Assembly (NCBI GenBank): GCA_028278665.1
Contig: JAQAJI010000013.1
Coordinates: 23,566-66,108 of the forward strand
Length of the DNA stretch: 42,543 bases
Reading direction: 5' to 3'
Source: Candidatus Rariloculus versatilis
Lineage (GTDB): Bacteria > Pseudomonadota > Gammaproteobacteria > Steroidobacterales > Rariloculaceae
Shown: one piece after another, positions 17,440-26,699 of the stretch
Layout: every line of letters begins with the position of its first letter
Position numbering within the stretch: the first letter of the stretch is position 1
Made by a program: the position numbers and the translations under genes
Notes under the pieces: model-generated
What the model was told of the DNA's origin: nothing
Seen by the model: the letters and a program-made list of their open reading frames with translations, nothing else
Databases searched by the model: none

Positions 17440-17937
17440 ATGAGACATATCATTTCGATTCTACTTCAGAACGAAGCGGGCGCACTGTCGCGCGTGTCCA
17501 ATCTATTTTCGTCGCGCGGATACAACATCGAGAGCCTCAACGTTGCGCCGACCGCCGATGCAACAGTCTCGCGACTCACGCTCGTGACGACGGGTTCCGA
17601 CGAGGTGATCGACCAGATCGGCAAGCAGCTCGCGAAGCTCGTTGACGTCGTCGATATCACGGACATGACCAGCGCCGACCATGTCGAGCGGGAGCTCGCG
17701 CTCTTCAAGCTGCATCTCGTCGACGGCAAGACACGGCAACTCAGAAAGCTGCTCGAGACCTCCAACGCCCGCGTGCTCGACGACCACGAGGGCCACTACA
17801 CGATCGAGCTCATCGGCGGCAGCCATGAGATCGACCGGTTTCTTGACCGGATCAGGAGTGTGTCGGACCTTTCCACGGTCGTGCGCAGCGGTGCGATGGC
17901 CGTTGCCCGCGGGGCGCCGGTGTTCGCCAGGGGCTGA
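17440..17937 (+). CDS. ilvN: Acetolactate synthase small (regulatory) subunit
   Basis: MRHIISILLQNEAGALSRVSNLFSSRGYNIESL ACT domain; HVERELALFK. Confidence 0.95.
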   Translation: MRHIISILLQNEAGALSRVSNLFSSRGYNIESLNVAPTADATVSRLTLVTTGSDEVIDQIGKQLAKLVDVVDITDMTSADHVERELALFKLHLVDGKTRQLRKLLETSNARVLDDHEGHYTIELIGGSHEIDRFLDRIRSVSDLSTVVRSGAMAVARGAPVFARG

Positions 17938-17964
17938 GGGCGCGCGGCCGCACGATTTTTCCCG

Positions 17965-19113
17965 ATGGCCAGACCAATGAGCGATGGATCGACAAACGCC
18001 GACCGACTCCTCGGTGCGCGCCGCCTGGTCGTCAAGATCGGCTCCGCCCTGTTCATCGATCAGGATACGGGCGCGCTCGACGAAGACTGGCTCACGGCGC
18101 TCTGCGAGGACGTCGTGTGGCTTTACGAATCGGGCGGTCAGGTCGTGCTTGTATCTTCGGGCGCCGTCGCGCTTGGTGCGCGCGAACTCGGGATCGACCC
18201 ACGCCGCGCGCGCCTTGAAGACAACCAGGCCGCCGCCGCGGCCGGCCAGATCCTGCTCGCCCACGCCTACCATGACGCGTTGCGCGGGGTCGAACTGAAA
18301 ACAGCACAGGTTCTGTTGACGCTCGACGACAGCGAGAGCAGGCGCCGCTACCTCAACGCATGCAGGACGCTGCTGACGCTTCTTGCGCGCGGCGCGGTCC
18401 CGGTGGTGAACGAGAACGACACGGTCGCGACCCAGGAGCTTCGCTACGGGGACAACGATCGTCTCGCAGCGCGGGTCGCACAGATGGTCAGCGCCGACTG
18501 CATGGTGCTGCTGTCAGATGTGGACGGTCTTTACACCTGCGATCCGCAGCGCAACGACGATGCCGAACACGTGCCGGAGGTCACCGGCATCGACGAGCGG
18601 ATCCGCGCGATGGCCGGCGGCCCGGGTTCGGCGCACGGTTCAGGCGGCATGCACACCAAGCTCGACGCGGCGCGGATCGCCACGGGGGCCGGCTGCCAGG
18701 TAGCGATCACGAGCGGCCGCGTGCGGCGGCCGCTGAAGGCCCTGAGCGAGGGCGGCCGGGCGACGTGGTTCCTGTCGACGGCGACACCCGCGGCGGCCCG
18801 CAAGCAATGGATCGCGGGTACGCTGAAACCCAAGGGTAGCGTCAGCGTCGACGCCGGCGCCGAGCGCGCGCTGGTGTCGGGCCGTAGCCTGCTTCCGGCA
18901 GGCGTGACCGAAGTCGCGGGGGATTTCGAGCGCGGCGACGCGGTGCGCGTGCTGAGCGGACTGGGCGTCGAGTTGGGCCGCGGGCTGATCGGCTATTCGT
19001 CCGACGAGGCTCGCGCGATTGCCGGCAAGCAATCGGAGTTCATAGCGAGCGTATTGGGTTATCGCGGCCGGGATGAGATGATCCACCGCGACGATCTGGT
19101 GTTGATGCATTGA
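17965..19113 (+). CDS. proB: Glutamate 5-kinase with PUA domain
   Basis: VVKIGS, VSSGAV, NENDTV, GDNDRL, GSGGMHTK, C-terminal PUA ending IHRDDLV. Alternative start at 17977. Confidence 0.95.
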   Translation: MARPMSDGSTNADRLLGARRLVVKIGSALFIDQDTGALDEDWLTALCEDVVWLYESGGQVVLVSSGAVALGARELGIDPRRARLEDNQAAAAAGQILLAHAYHDALRGVELKTAQVLLTLDDSESRRRYLNACRTLLTLLARGAVPVVNENDTVATQELRYGDNDRLAARVAQMVSADCMVLLSDVDGLYTCDPQRNDDAEHVPEVTGIDERIRAMAGGPGSAHGSGGMHTKLDAARIATGAGCQVAITSGRVRRPLKALSEGGRATWFLSTATPAAARKQWIAGTLKPKGSVSVDAGAERALVSGRSLLPAGVTEVAGDFERGDAVRVLSGLGVELGRGLIGYSSDEARAIAGKQSEFIASVLGYRGRDEMIHRDDLVLMH

Positions 19114-19125
19114 GAGACGATCACG

Positions 19126-20412
19126 ATGAATATCGCCAACCGTGAACTTGAACCGGGCCTTCACGAACAGATGATGGGTCTCGGCCGCGCCGCGCGCGAC
19201 GCGGCAGCCGTGCTCGCGAGAGCCCCGGGCGACACGAGGAATGCCGTGCTTCAGAGCGCGGGAAGCGAAATTCGCGAGTCTGCGGCGGCGATTCTCGAGG
19301 CGAACGAGCGCGACTGTGCGGATGGACATCGGCTTGGGCTGTCAGCTGCAATGATCGACCGGCTCGCACTGGACGACTCCCGGATCGAGGCCATGGCCGT
19401 GGGCGTCGAGTCGATCGCCGATCTCGACGACCCGGTTGGGCAGGTCATCGCCGAATGGAATCGGCCGAACGGTCTCAGGATCGAGCGCGTACGCGTGCCG
19501 CTCGGCGTCATCGGCATCATCTACGAGAGCCGGCCAAACGTTACCGCGGATGCAGGCGCCTTGTGCCTGAAGAGCGGCAATGCGGTCATCCTGCGCGGCG
19601 GTTCGGAAAGCGCGCGCTCGAGCGCCGCCATTCACGCCTGCCTCGCGCGAGCGCTCGCGTCTCACGGTCTGCCCGAGTCCGCGATTCAGATAGTGCCGAC
19701 GCAGGACCGCGAGGCCGTCGGCATCCTGTTGCGCGACATGGGGCAATTCGTCGACGTCATAGTCCCGCGCGGCGGCAAGGGCCTGATCTCGCGTGTCCAG
19801 CAGGACGCGCGCGTGCCCGTGATGGGACACCTGGAGGGCATCTGCCATACCTACGTGCATGCGGCGGCCGACCTCGACATGGCGCGGCGCCTCGTGGTCA
19901 ATGCGAAGATGCGGCGAACCGGCATCTGCGGGGCCACCGAGGCCGTGCTCGTCGACCGCGCCTGCGCCGCTACCCACCTCGCGCCGATCGTCGCCGACCT
20001 GCTCGAGGCCGGCTGCGAGGTTCGCGGCGATCCGGCGACAGTGGACGTCGATTCAAGCGTCAGGGCCGCGGCGCGCTCCGACTGGGGCAAGGAATACCTC
20101 GACGCGATCGTCGCCGTCAGGGTCATAGACGGCATCGACGCCGCGCTCGAGCATGTCCGGACGCACGGGTCCGGCCACACCGATGCCATCGTCACGGAAG
20201 ATGCCGCGGCGGCCGAACGGTTCGCGCGGGAACTGGACAGCGCGATCGTCATGCACAACGCCTCGACCCAGTTCGCCGACGGCGGCGAGTTCGGCATGGG
20301 CGCGGAGATCGGCATCGCGACGGGACGCATCCACGCGCGCGGACCCGTCGGCGCGGCGGAACTGACGAGCTACAAGTACGTGGTGCACGGAACGGGCCAG
20401 ACGCGGCCCTGA
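19126..20412 (+). CDS. proA: Gamma-glutamyl phosphate reductase
   Basis: [63 protein letters not shown]. Confidence 0.96.
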   Translation: MNIANRELEPGLHEQMMGLGRAARDAAAVLARAPGDTRNAVLQSAGSEIRESAAAILEANERDCADGHRLGLSAAMIDRLALDDSRIEAMAVGVESIADLDDPVGQVIAEWNRPNGLRIERVRVPLGVIGIIYESRPNVTADAGALCLKSGNAVILRGGSESARSSAAIHACLARALASHGLPESAIQIVPTQDREAVGILLRDMGQFVDVIVPRGGKGLISRVQQDARVPVMGHLEGICHTYVHAAADLDMARRLVVNAKMRRTGICGATEAVLVDRACAATHLAPIVADLLEAGCEVRGDPATVDVDSSVRAAARSDWGKEYLDAIVAVRVIDGIDAALEHVRTHGSGHTDAIVTEDAAAAERFARELDSAIVMHNASTQFADGGEFGMGAEIGIATGRIHARGPVGAAELTSYKYVVHGTGQTRP

Positions 20413-20558
20413 GCGACTGTACCGACGCAACGCCACCGTCGATTCCTGCCGCAGTAGCGCCTGCGAGGCAGGGCTCCGCCGACCCCTGAACGTGCCGCGG
20501 GCCGGGCCCCGGGACCGGGGGGGGGGGCCGGGGCGGAGCCGGATTCCTCGGTAGCCGT

Positions 20559-21071
20559 TCAGAACCGCAGGATGCGCGCCTCATCGGAGTCGACATCGAG
20601 ATCCGGCAACGTCGGCAGGAAATCCTGCCCGGCGGTCTCGATCAGGCCGGCATCGAGTTCCCAGGCGACGCTCACGGCAGCGTTGTCAGCAAGCGCGAAT
20701 TCGACGGGCCCTGCAAACTCCTGGTTCGGCGGGCTCGCCTGGTAGACCCGGATCGCCGAGAGTAGGCGCTCTGGTCGAGGCCGTTCCGACACCGCGACAT
20801 CTTCCGTCTGCAGACCTTCGGGATACTTTGCGGTTACCGTCACGATCTCGATGGGCGGGAGCTCGCGCAGCCTGGCCATGAGGAAGTCCATGGTCGGGAA
20901 GTCGTCAGCATTGGCCGTGACGATCACTTCTTCCATGACGGCAACGCCCGGATACGCCGGTGCTTCGCTCAGACCGTCCAATTGCGCCGTGGCGGCGGCG
21001 CCCGCGGCGTGGGCCATGCCCGATCCGGCCAGAAGGACGATTGCCGAGTAAATATTGCGTTGTGCGTTCAT
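20559..21071 (-). CDS. Exported hypothetical protein (170 aa) with two TonB-box-like motifs
   Basis: GGGAG RBS before ATG 21071, signal peptide ending AHA, and motifs EEVIVTA and EIVTVTA. Confidence 0.65.
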   Translation of the reverse strand: MNAQRNIYSAIVLLAGSGMAHAAGAAATAQLDGLSEAPAYPGVAVMEEVIVTANADDFPTMDFLMARLRELPPIEIVTVTAKYPEGLQTEDVAVSERPRPERLLSAIRVYQASPPNQEFAGPVEFALADNAAVSVAWELDAGLIETAGQDFLPTLPDLDVDSDEARILRF

Positions 21072-21228
21072 TGCCTTGCTCCCTGTGTGAGTCCGTTTAT
21101 CCAGAATGCAGGGCAATAGTGCGCGGCGCGGCGCAAGCCGTCTCTGTAGATACCTCAAGAATGGGCAAGTTAACTTGGCACTGAAATCCGGTCCGTGGAT
21201 TGGCGCCGGAAGGATTGCCGGAACGAGG

Positions 21229-21474
21229 TCAGGCGGCGTCGACAGCTTCGAAGCGCAGCGTCGGCCGGTCGCCGCGCCTGGAGTAGCGGTGCTCGCCGGC
21301 CATGTCCTCAAGTGCCGCATCGCGCTCCTCGGCCGAGGCATACCAGTGATAGCGCTCCCAGTCCGCACCCAGCAGGCGTGCGAAGGATTCGCCGCGCGGC
21401 AGGCTCACGCGGATGCCGTAGGGCTTTGCTGCGGAAGGTTCGCGGCTGAGATTGTGTGAGTGGCAGATTTCCAT
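21229..21474 (-). CDS. Small hypothetical protein (81 aa)
   Basis: MEICHSHNL...PYGIRVSLPRGESFARLLGADWERYHWY...HRYSRRGDRPT. Protein-like composition, unlike the overlapping shadow ORFs. Confidence 0.6.
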   Translation of the reverse strand: MEICHSHNLSREPSAAKPYGIRVSLPRGESFARLLGADWERYHWYASAEERDAALEDMAGEHRYSRRGDRPTLRFEAVDAA

Positions 21475-21652
21475 CGTGGGCTTCGGGAGCGCGCTTCGGC
21501 AATCATAGCCGAATGCGTTTGCGCAGACATGCGAGTTGATCGAGGCGTCGCGCCAGGTGGAGCGTCCGCAGGCCGAACGGGCGCCAGCGCCCGCCGGGCC
21601 GTCTCGCTCGCCCGCTTCCAGCCATGCCTGGGCGGCAAGCGCGGCGCCGTAT

Positions 21653-22303
21653 TCAGCCCAGTTGCCGTTCCTCGGCGCCTTCGCGCTCCGGCCAGCCAAG
21701 GATACGCCGCGTCACGAAGCGATACGGTGGTTTGAACAACCCCCGCCAAAGCTGTGCCGGGAGCGAGGGTCGTGCGAGCAGCGCGCGCTCCCTTGCCGTG
21801 AGCGTTTCGGGGCGATAGTGCCGCTTGTGCTTGAGCAGGTGGCGCAGGTCCTCGCGCGCGAGCAGCCGAAACCACCTTCCTCGACGCTTCGAGACGACCG
21901 CGAGTTGAAAGTCCACGATGCCGGGACGCTCGCCCGGCATGCAGATCCAGTTGGCCTCCTTGGCGAGGTCGTTGTGCGCGATGCCGCGGCGGTGCATTCG
22001 GAACAGGAGCTTTTGGGCGCGGCGGAAGTACTGCCTTGATGGCGGCTGGCCGAGGTGCATCGGCAGCCCCGGCAGCCAGGTCCGCCTGAGCGTTTGGCCA
22101 TCAAAACCGATCAGCTTCGGCGTTCCCGCGAGCCCGTCCAGTACCGAAAGCGCGTCGGCTTCGCGGCGCGCCAGGCGTGCGGCGAGGAATCGTACCCGGC
22201 GGCCGGCCGGCCGCGTGTCCCGGATGACCACGCTCGCACGGTTCCCGGTGGCTACTTCCACGGTGCCGAGGCCGCCTCGCTTCAGGGTTCGCCGAAGCCT
22301 CAT
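21653..22303 (-). CDS. RIO1/Kdo-kinase-like atypical protein kinase
   Basis: LARREADAL (alphaC Glu), IAHNDLAKEANW catalytic loop, IVDFQLA metal-binding motif. GAAGGAG RBS before ATG 22303. Confidence 0.8.
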   Translation of the reverse strand: MRLRRTLKRGGLGTVEVATGNRASVVIRDTRPAGRRVRFLAARLARREADALSVLDGLAGTPKLIGFDGQTLRRTWLPGLPMHLGQPPSRQYFRRAQKLLFRMHRRGIAHNDLAKEANWICMPGERPGIVDFQLAVVSKRRGRWFRLLAREDLRHLLKHKRHYRPETLTARERALLARPSLPAQLWRGLFKPPYRFVTRRILGWPEREGAEERQLG

Positions 22304-22463
22304 TGTTGCAGCGCTCCTTCTTGAGATCGTCACCGATTAACGCGCGTCGTGCTTCAGGGCTCCCCGACGGCATCTCGCTACCGTCGTGGCAGAAACGAAA
22401 TCGCGTGCTTCGCGCCGGTCGCGCTTCAGGATTAGTCCAACGCTCATTGCTACACTACGAACC

Positions 22464-25400
22464 GTGTCAAGAGTAACGCATGCAGGTGATTTCTTTGTCG
22501 TCGGCGGTGCCGTCCAGCCCGGACGCGCCTGCTACATCGAGCGCGGCGCCGACGAAGCTCTGCTCGAGAGCATTGCCGACCAACAGTTCTCCTATGTCCT
22601 GAGCCCGAGGGCGTCGGGGAAATCGAGCCTCATGGCGCGCACGATTACCGTGCTGCGCGAGCGGCGCCAGCTCGCCGCCGTGGTCGATCTGACCCAGATC
22701 GGCGCTCGCAGCGACAGCGACGATGCCGGGCGCTGGTATTACAGCATCGCGTACCGCGTGCTGCGCGAACTCAGGCTCAAGGTCGACCTGCAAGCGTGGT
22801 GGCAGGGCACGGGCGCGCTGCTCAACGAGCAGCGGCTCGTCGAGTTCTTTTCCGAAGTGGTGCTCGCGCATACCTTCGAGCCCGTGACGATCTTCTTCGA
22901 TGAGGTCGAGCGCGCCGAGGAGCTGCCGTTCGCGAAGGAACTCTTCTCGGCGATGCGCACGTGTTACGCGCGGCGCGTCTCCGAACCCGACTTCAATCGG
23001 CTCAACTTCGTCGTCCTCGGCGTCACGACGCCAGCCAGGCTTTGCCCGGACGAAAGCTGGTCGCCGTTCATCGACGGTCGCGAGACCGAACTGCCCGACT
23101 TCAGCGCTGTCCAATGCCACCGCTTCGCGGCAGGTTTCGGGTTCGACGAGGAGTCCGGTCGCGCGCTCATGGACAGGATTTACGGCTGGACGCGGGGACA
23201 ACCGTACCTCACGCAGAAGCTCGCGCGCGCCGTAGCGCGACGGGGCGGGAAGCTCGCGGACGTCGATCGCTGTGTCCAGGAGCTGTTTCTCGCGCCGCGT
23301 GCGGGTCGCGAGGAGCCGTTGCTGAGCCAGATGAGGAACCTGCTCACGCGCAAGTCGCAGGCCAGGCGGCAAGCGTTGTCGGTGCTCGAGAAAATGGGAA
23401 GAGACGGCGAGATTGTCCCCGCCGCCCCACGCTACGCGCTTGAGTTCCTGAACCTTTCCGGCGTCGTGAGCCATGACGACACGGGTCGGCTGCATTACAG
23501 GAACAGGATTTACGAGCGTGTCTTCGATGGTGAGTGGGCGGCGTCGGCGCGTCCGATCGACTGGCGACGGCCGCTTGCGGTCGCTGCGGTCGCAGCCGTG
23601 GCGCTGCTCTTGCCGTACTGGTATCTGCAAGTCCTGCCTCGGCCCTATATCGACATCCTGTCCGTGGTGACGGAGGACTACGCCGTCGCAGAGGACGCAT
23701 ACCAGGCGCTGCACCGAATACCTGGTTTCGCCGGTCGTGCCGACCGACTGCTTGGGGAGGCGATGACGCGCCGCAGCCGCTCCGCGCGCACTCTCGACGA
23801 GGTGCTGGCCGCCGATGCCGTCCTCAGAAGCCTGCCGGATCGCGCCGGACTTGCCGACGAACTCGTGGGCGCCTATTGGTTGCGGCGCTCGCGCGAAGCG
23901 ATGCGCCGCGAGCAGCGTGACGAAGCCCTGTTGCTTGCGGTTCAGGCCTTGCCGGGCCAACGCGAAGCCGTACAGGCAACGGCGGCCGAACTGATCGGTT
24001 CGGACTATCGACAGCTCGAGCGAAGCTTTCGCCTCACCGAACCGCCGCTCGACTGGCGAGTCGATTGGCAGCGCGGCGAGCTCGTCGTAATCGACCGGGC
24101 TCATCGCGTGCAGCATCTTGCGTTGCGCGAGACGCCGCAGGCACTGGCCGCGCCTGACGTCGGCCGGGTCGAGCGCATCCAGGGCAGGTTGACGGCGCTG
24201 CAGCATGTGCCGGTCGAGCGCGAACTCGTCGTGGACGAGCGCCGGGTGGCCGGCGGATTCGATTTGCTTCTGACGTTGCGGCATGCCCGGGCGAGCGACC
24301 TGCTCGTGACCCTGACTGCGCCTGGCGGCGGTCAGGCGACGCTGGCCGTGCCGCAGCCGCGTGCGGATCAGCAGGCGCTGCGCTTCAGCGCCCGGCCGGG
24401 CTCGCCGCTGTTCGCGCTGGCGGACGAGGACAGTCGCGGTTCGTGGCGTCTGACCGCCGTCGACCGCCGCTCGGGTGAGATTGGCGTGCTCATGAGCTGG
24501 GGCTTGCAGTTTGCCGGTGACGCTACGGTGTACACGGACACGCCCGAGCAGGGCGTTGCGCTTCCGGATCCCGTGAGGACCGACGAAGTCGAGATCGATC
24601 TCGACGCGAGCGGCCGCTTCGCGCTGGCTCGACCGTCGCGCTCCGGCGGGGCGCTGGCCATCTGGGATCTGCTGAGTGGCGAGCTTGCAGGCGACCTGCC
24701 GATGGAGTCGCCCATCGAACATGTGCTTTACAGTTCGGAGTATTCGCGCGCGATCGTCACGACGGCAGACGAGCTCGAGCTGACGGCCTGGGATGCCGGT
24801 CAGGCGCTTGCGCCGCCGAGCATCTCCAGCATCTCGACGTCAAGCGACTTCCCGCTGCCGCCGGCGCTCAGTACCGACGGCGGCTTTTTTGCAGTCGCCT
24901 TTCGAGGGGACTCCGACTCGTTGGAGTTCATTGTCAAACGAGTCGACGACGGAACGACAGTCGGTGCCGGTTACGACCTCGCAGACGCGGCGGACTGGGT
25001 GCTCGGCCACGCTGCGCGTTACCTGGCTTTGATCGACCTCGCCGGGCGCGTGCGCGTCGTGGATCCGCGCAACGGGCGGCTGCTCGCCGATCTGCGCCAC
25101 GCCCTGGCTATCGAGCGGCTCATCGCTGTGCCGGGTACGGACACGCTCCTTGCGGTCGACAGCGCGGGAGATCTGCTGGCGTGGACAATTGAGGCTGTGA
25201 TCGTGCCCGGCGACGGTCTCCCCGAGACCGGCAGCAGGGCGGCTGTATTGCCATTGATGTCCAGAGTGGATCCCGGTGCAACGGACTTCAGCGTGCCGGA
25301 GCCGATACTGCTCGGCAGAACGATCGATCCGGCGAGCGTCAGTGTCGCGGCGGATGCCGCATTGCTCGCTTTCGAGGCGGCGCCCGGTCTCATTCAGCTT

Positions 25401-26549
25401 CGCAACCTCGACGGTCAGGCGAGTGCGGGCAGCTTTCGACTCGACCCGGGCGTCGCGACCCGGGTCTCGACCGACGGCCGTGAGATGCTGACGGTCACCG
25501 GCAGCACGGTGTTTCGGCTCTGGCGGCTCGAGCCGCGCGAGTTCGCACCCGGGTCCGACCCGGAGCTCTCGGCGCTCGCGCTCGACTCCACGGATCAGTT
25601 GGTGGCGGTCGGGTATCGCGGCGGCCACGTGCGGGTTCGACGCGTCGAGGAACTGCAGGATGCCGGCGCCGCGGCCGACAGCGTCGATTTCATCGGCCAT
25701 CGGGGCGCGGTCACGAGCCTCGCCCTGAACGCGGCAAACCGCCTCGTTGCGAGCGGCGGCGCCGACGGCGTCGTGCGCGTATGGGACGCAGGCAGCGTCG
25801 CGCCGGATCCGGCATTCATGCGCCACCCGGCAGGCCCGATACATGCGGTCGAGATCAGCGCCGATGGGCGCCGGATCGTCAGCGCGGCGGAGTACTCGGC
25901 CAGGATCTGGTCCGCGCGGGACGGCGAACTGGTCGGAGAGATTCCCGTCAATGGCTCGGCGCTCGCGGTCGCGTTTTCGCCCCGGGGCGAACTCGTCGCG
26001 GTCGGCGACAGCGCCGGCAACATCTTCTTTGGTGCCCCCATGGGATCGGAGCCGTTGCTCTCGACCCGCGCGCAGTCCGCCGTCCGATCGATCGCGTTCT
26101 CGCCTGACGGGAACCTCTTTGCGACCGGCGACAGCGCCGGCAATCTGCAGCTCTGGGACACCGCTGCGGCGGCGCCATTCGGCGATCCGCGTGGCTTTCC
26201 GCACGCTGTCGAGTGGCTCGATTTCAGTCCGGACGGTCGCTTTGTGCTTGCGCGCAGCGCGCACTGGATGCATCGGCTGGAGTTGATCGGCGAGGATCTG
26301 TCGGTCGTCGACACCCGCTTGCTGCCCGGCGATCTCAAGGCCGATGCCGTGCTCGGCGGCACGCAGGCGGAAACCGTGCGGTTGGTGGGCGGCCCGGAAA
26401 CCGGACGCGCCGCGTTTGTAAACCTCGGCCTGACCCGGCCCGCCGAGACGCCGCTGCCGGCGGATTCGCCGGAACTCACACGCAACTGGCAGGCGATCCT
26501 CGGTCTGACGCTCGACACCCGCACCGGGCTGGTGCGCGGCGCCTTCTAG
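22464..26549 (+). CDS. STAND/AAA_35 NTPase - TM - helical - P-domain - WD40 repeat protein
   Basis: FFVVGGAV..YIERGAD, Walker A SPRASGKS, Walker B IFFDEVE, GQPYLTQKL, TM PLAVAAVAAVALLLPYWYL, P-domain (LRHARASDLLVTLTAPGG...GSWRLTAVD...GVLMSWGL) and WD40 (GHRGAVTSLA..VASGGADGVVRVWD). Start GTG 22464 is inferred; 22386 is possible. Confidence 0.85.
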   Translation: MSRVTHAGDFFVVGGAVQPGRACYIERGADEALLESIADQQFSYVLSPRASGKSSLMARTITVLRERRQLAAVVDLTQIGARSDSDDAGRWYYSIAYRVLRELRLKVDLQAWWQGTGALLNEQRLVEFFSEVVLAHTFEPVTIFFDEVERAEELPFAKELFSAMRTCYARRVSEPDFNRLNFVVLGVTTPARLCPDESWSPFIDGRETELPDFSAVQCHRFAAGFGFDEESGRALMDRIYGWTRGQPYLTQKLARAVARRGGKLADVDRCVQELFLAPRAGREEPLLSQMRNLLTRKSQARRQALSVLEKMGRDGEIVPAAPRYALEFLNLSGVVSHDDTGRLHYRNRIYERVFDGEWAASARPIDWRRPLAVAAVAAVALLLPYWYLQVLPRPYIDILSVVTEDYAVAEDAYQALHRIPGFAGRADRLLGEAMTRRSRSARTLDEVLAADAVLRSLPDRAGLADELVGAYWLRRSREAMRREQRDEALLLAVQALPGQREAVQATAAELIGSDYRQLERSFRLTEPPLDWRVDWQRGELVVIDRAHRVQHLALRETPQALAAPDVGRVERIQGRLTALQHVPVERELVVDERRVAGGFDLLLTLRHARASDLLVTLTAPGGGQATLAVPQPRADQQALRFSARPGSPLFALADEDSRGSWRLTAVDRRSGEIGVLMSWGLQFAGDATVYTDTPEQGVALPDPVRTDEVEIDLDASGRFALARPSRSGGALAIWDLLSGELAGDLPMESPIEHVLYSSEYSRAIVTTADELELTAWDAGQALAPPSISSISTSSDFPLPPALSTDGGFFAVAFRGDSDSLEFIVKRVDDGTTVGAGYDLADAADWVLGHAARYLALIDLAGRVRVVDPRNGRLLADLRHALAIERLIAVPGTDTLLAVDSAGDLLAWTIEAVIVPGDGLPETGSRAAVLPLMSRVDPGATDFSVPEPILLGRTIDPASVSVAADAALLAFEAAPGLIQLRNLDGQASAGSFRLDPGVATRVSTDGREMLTVTGSTVFRLWRLEPREFAPGSDPELSALALDSTDQLVAVGYRGGHVRVRRVEELQDAGAAADSVDFIGHRGAVTSLALNAANRLVASGGADGVVRVWDAGSVAPDPAFMRHPAGPIHAVEISADGRRIVSAAEYSARIWSARDGELVGEIPVNGSALAVAFSPRGELVAVGDSAGNIFFGAPMGSEPLLSTRAQSAVRSIAFSPDGNLFATGDSAGNLQLWDTAAAAPFGDPRGFPHAVEWLDFSPDGRFVLARSAHWMHRLELIGEDLSVVDTRLLPGDLKADAVLGGTQAETVRLVGGPETGRAAFVNLGLTRPAETPLPADSPELTRNWQAILGLTLDTRTGLVRGAF

Positions 26550-26615
26550 ACATCATGGATTGACCTGCCCTGGCCTCAAGCATCGTGGGTTATGTTTGGG
26601 GTCGGACCTTTGACA

Positions 26616-26685
26616 CAGGAACCCGTGCCGCAGGAAGTCGCGAAAGCGGTTTTTCAGCCGTGAATTCCTGCGACGCTGGCTCCTG
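26616..26685. repeat. ~70-bp imperfect palindromic repeat (REP/REPIN-like), complete copy 1
   Basis: 27-bp arms at 26616-26642 and 26659-26685 are inverted, 21/27 matching. Similar to 33343-33411. Lies between convergent genes. Confidence 0.7.
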
Positions 26686-26699
26686 GCCACCGCCGGCCC

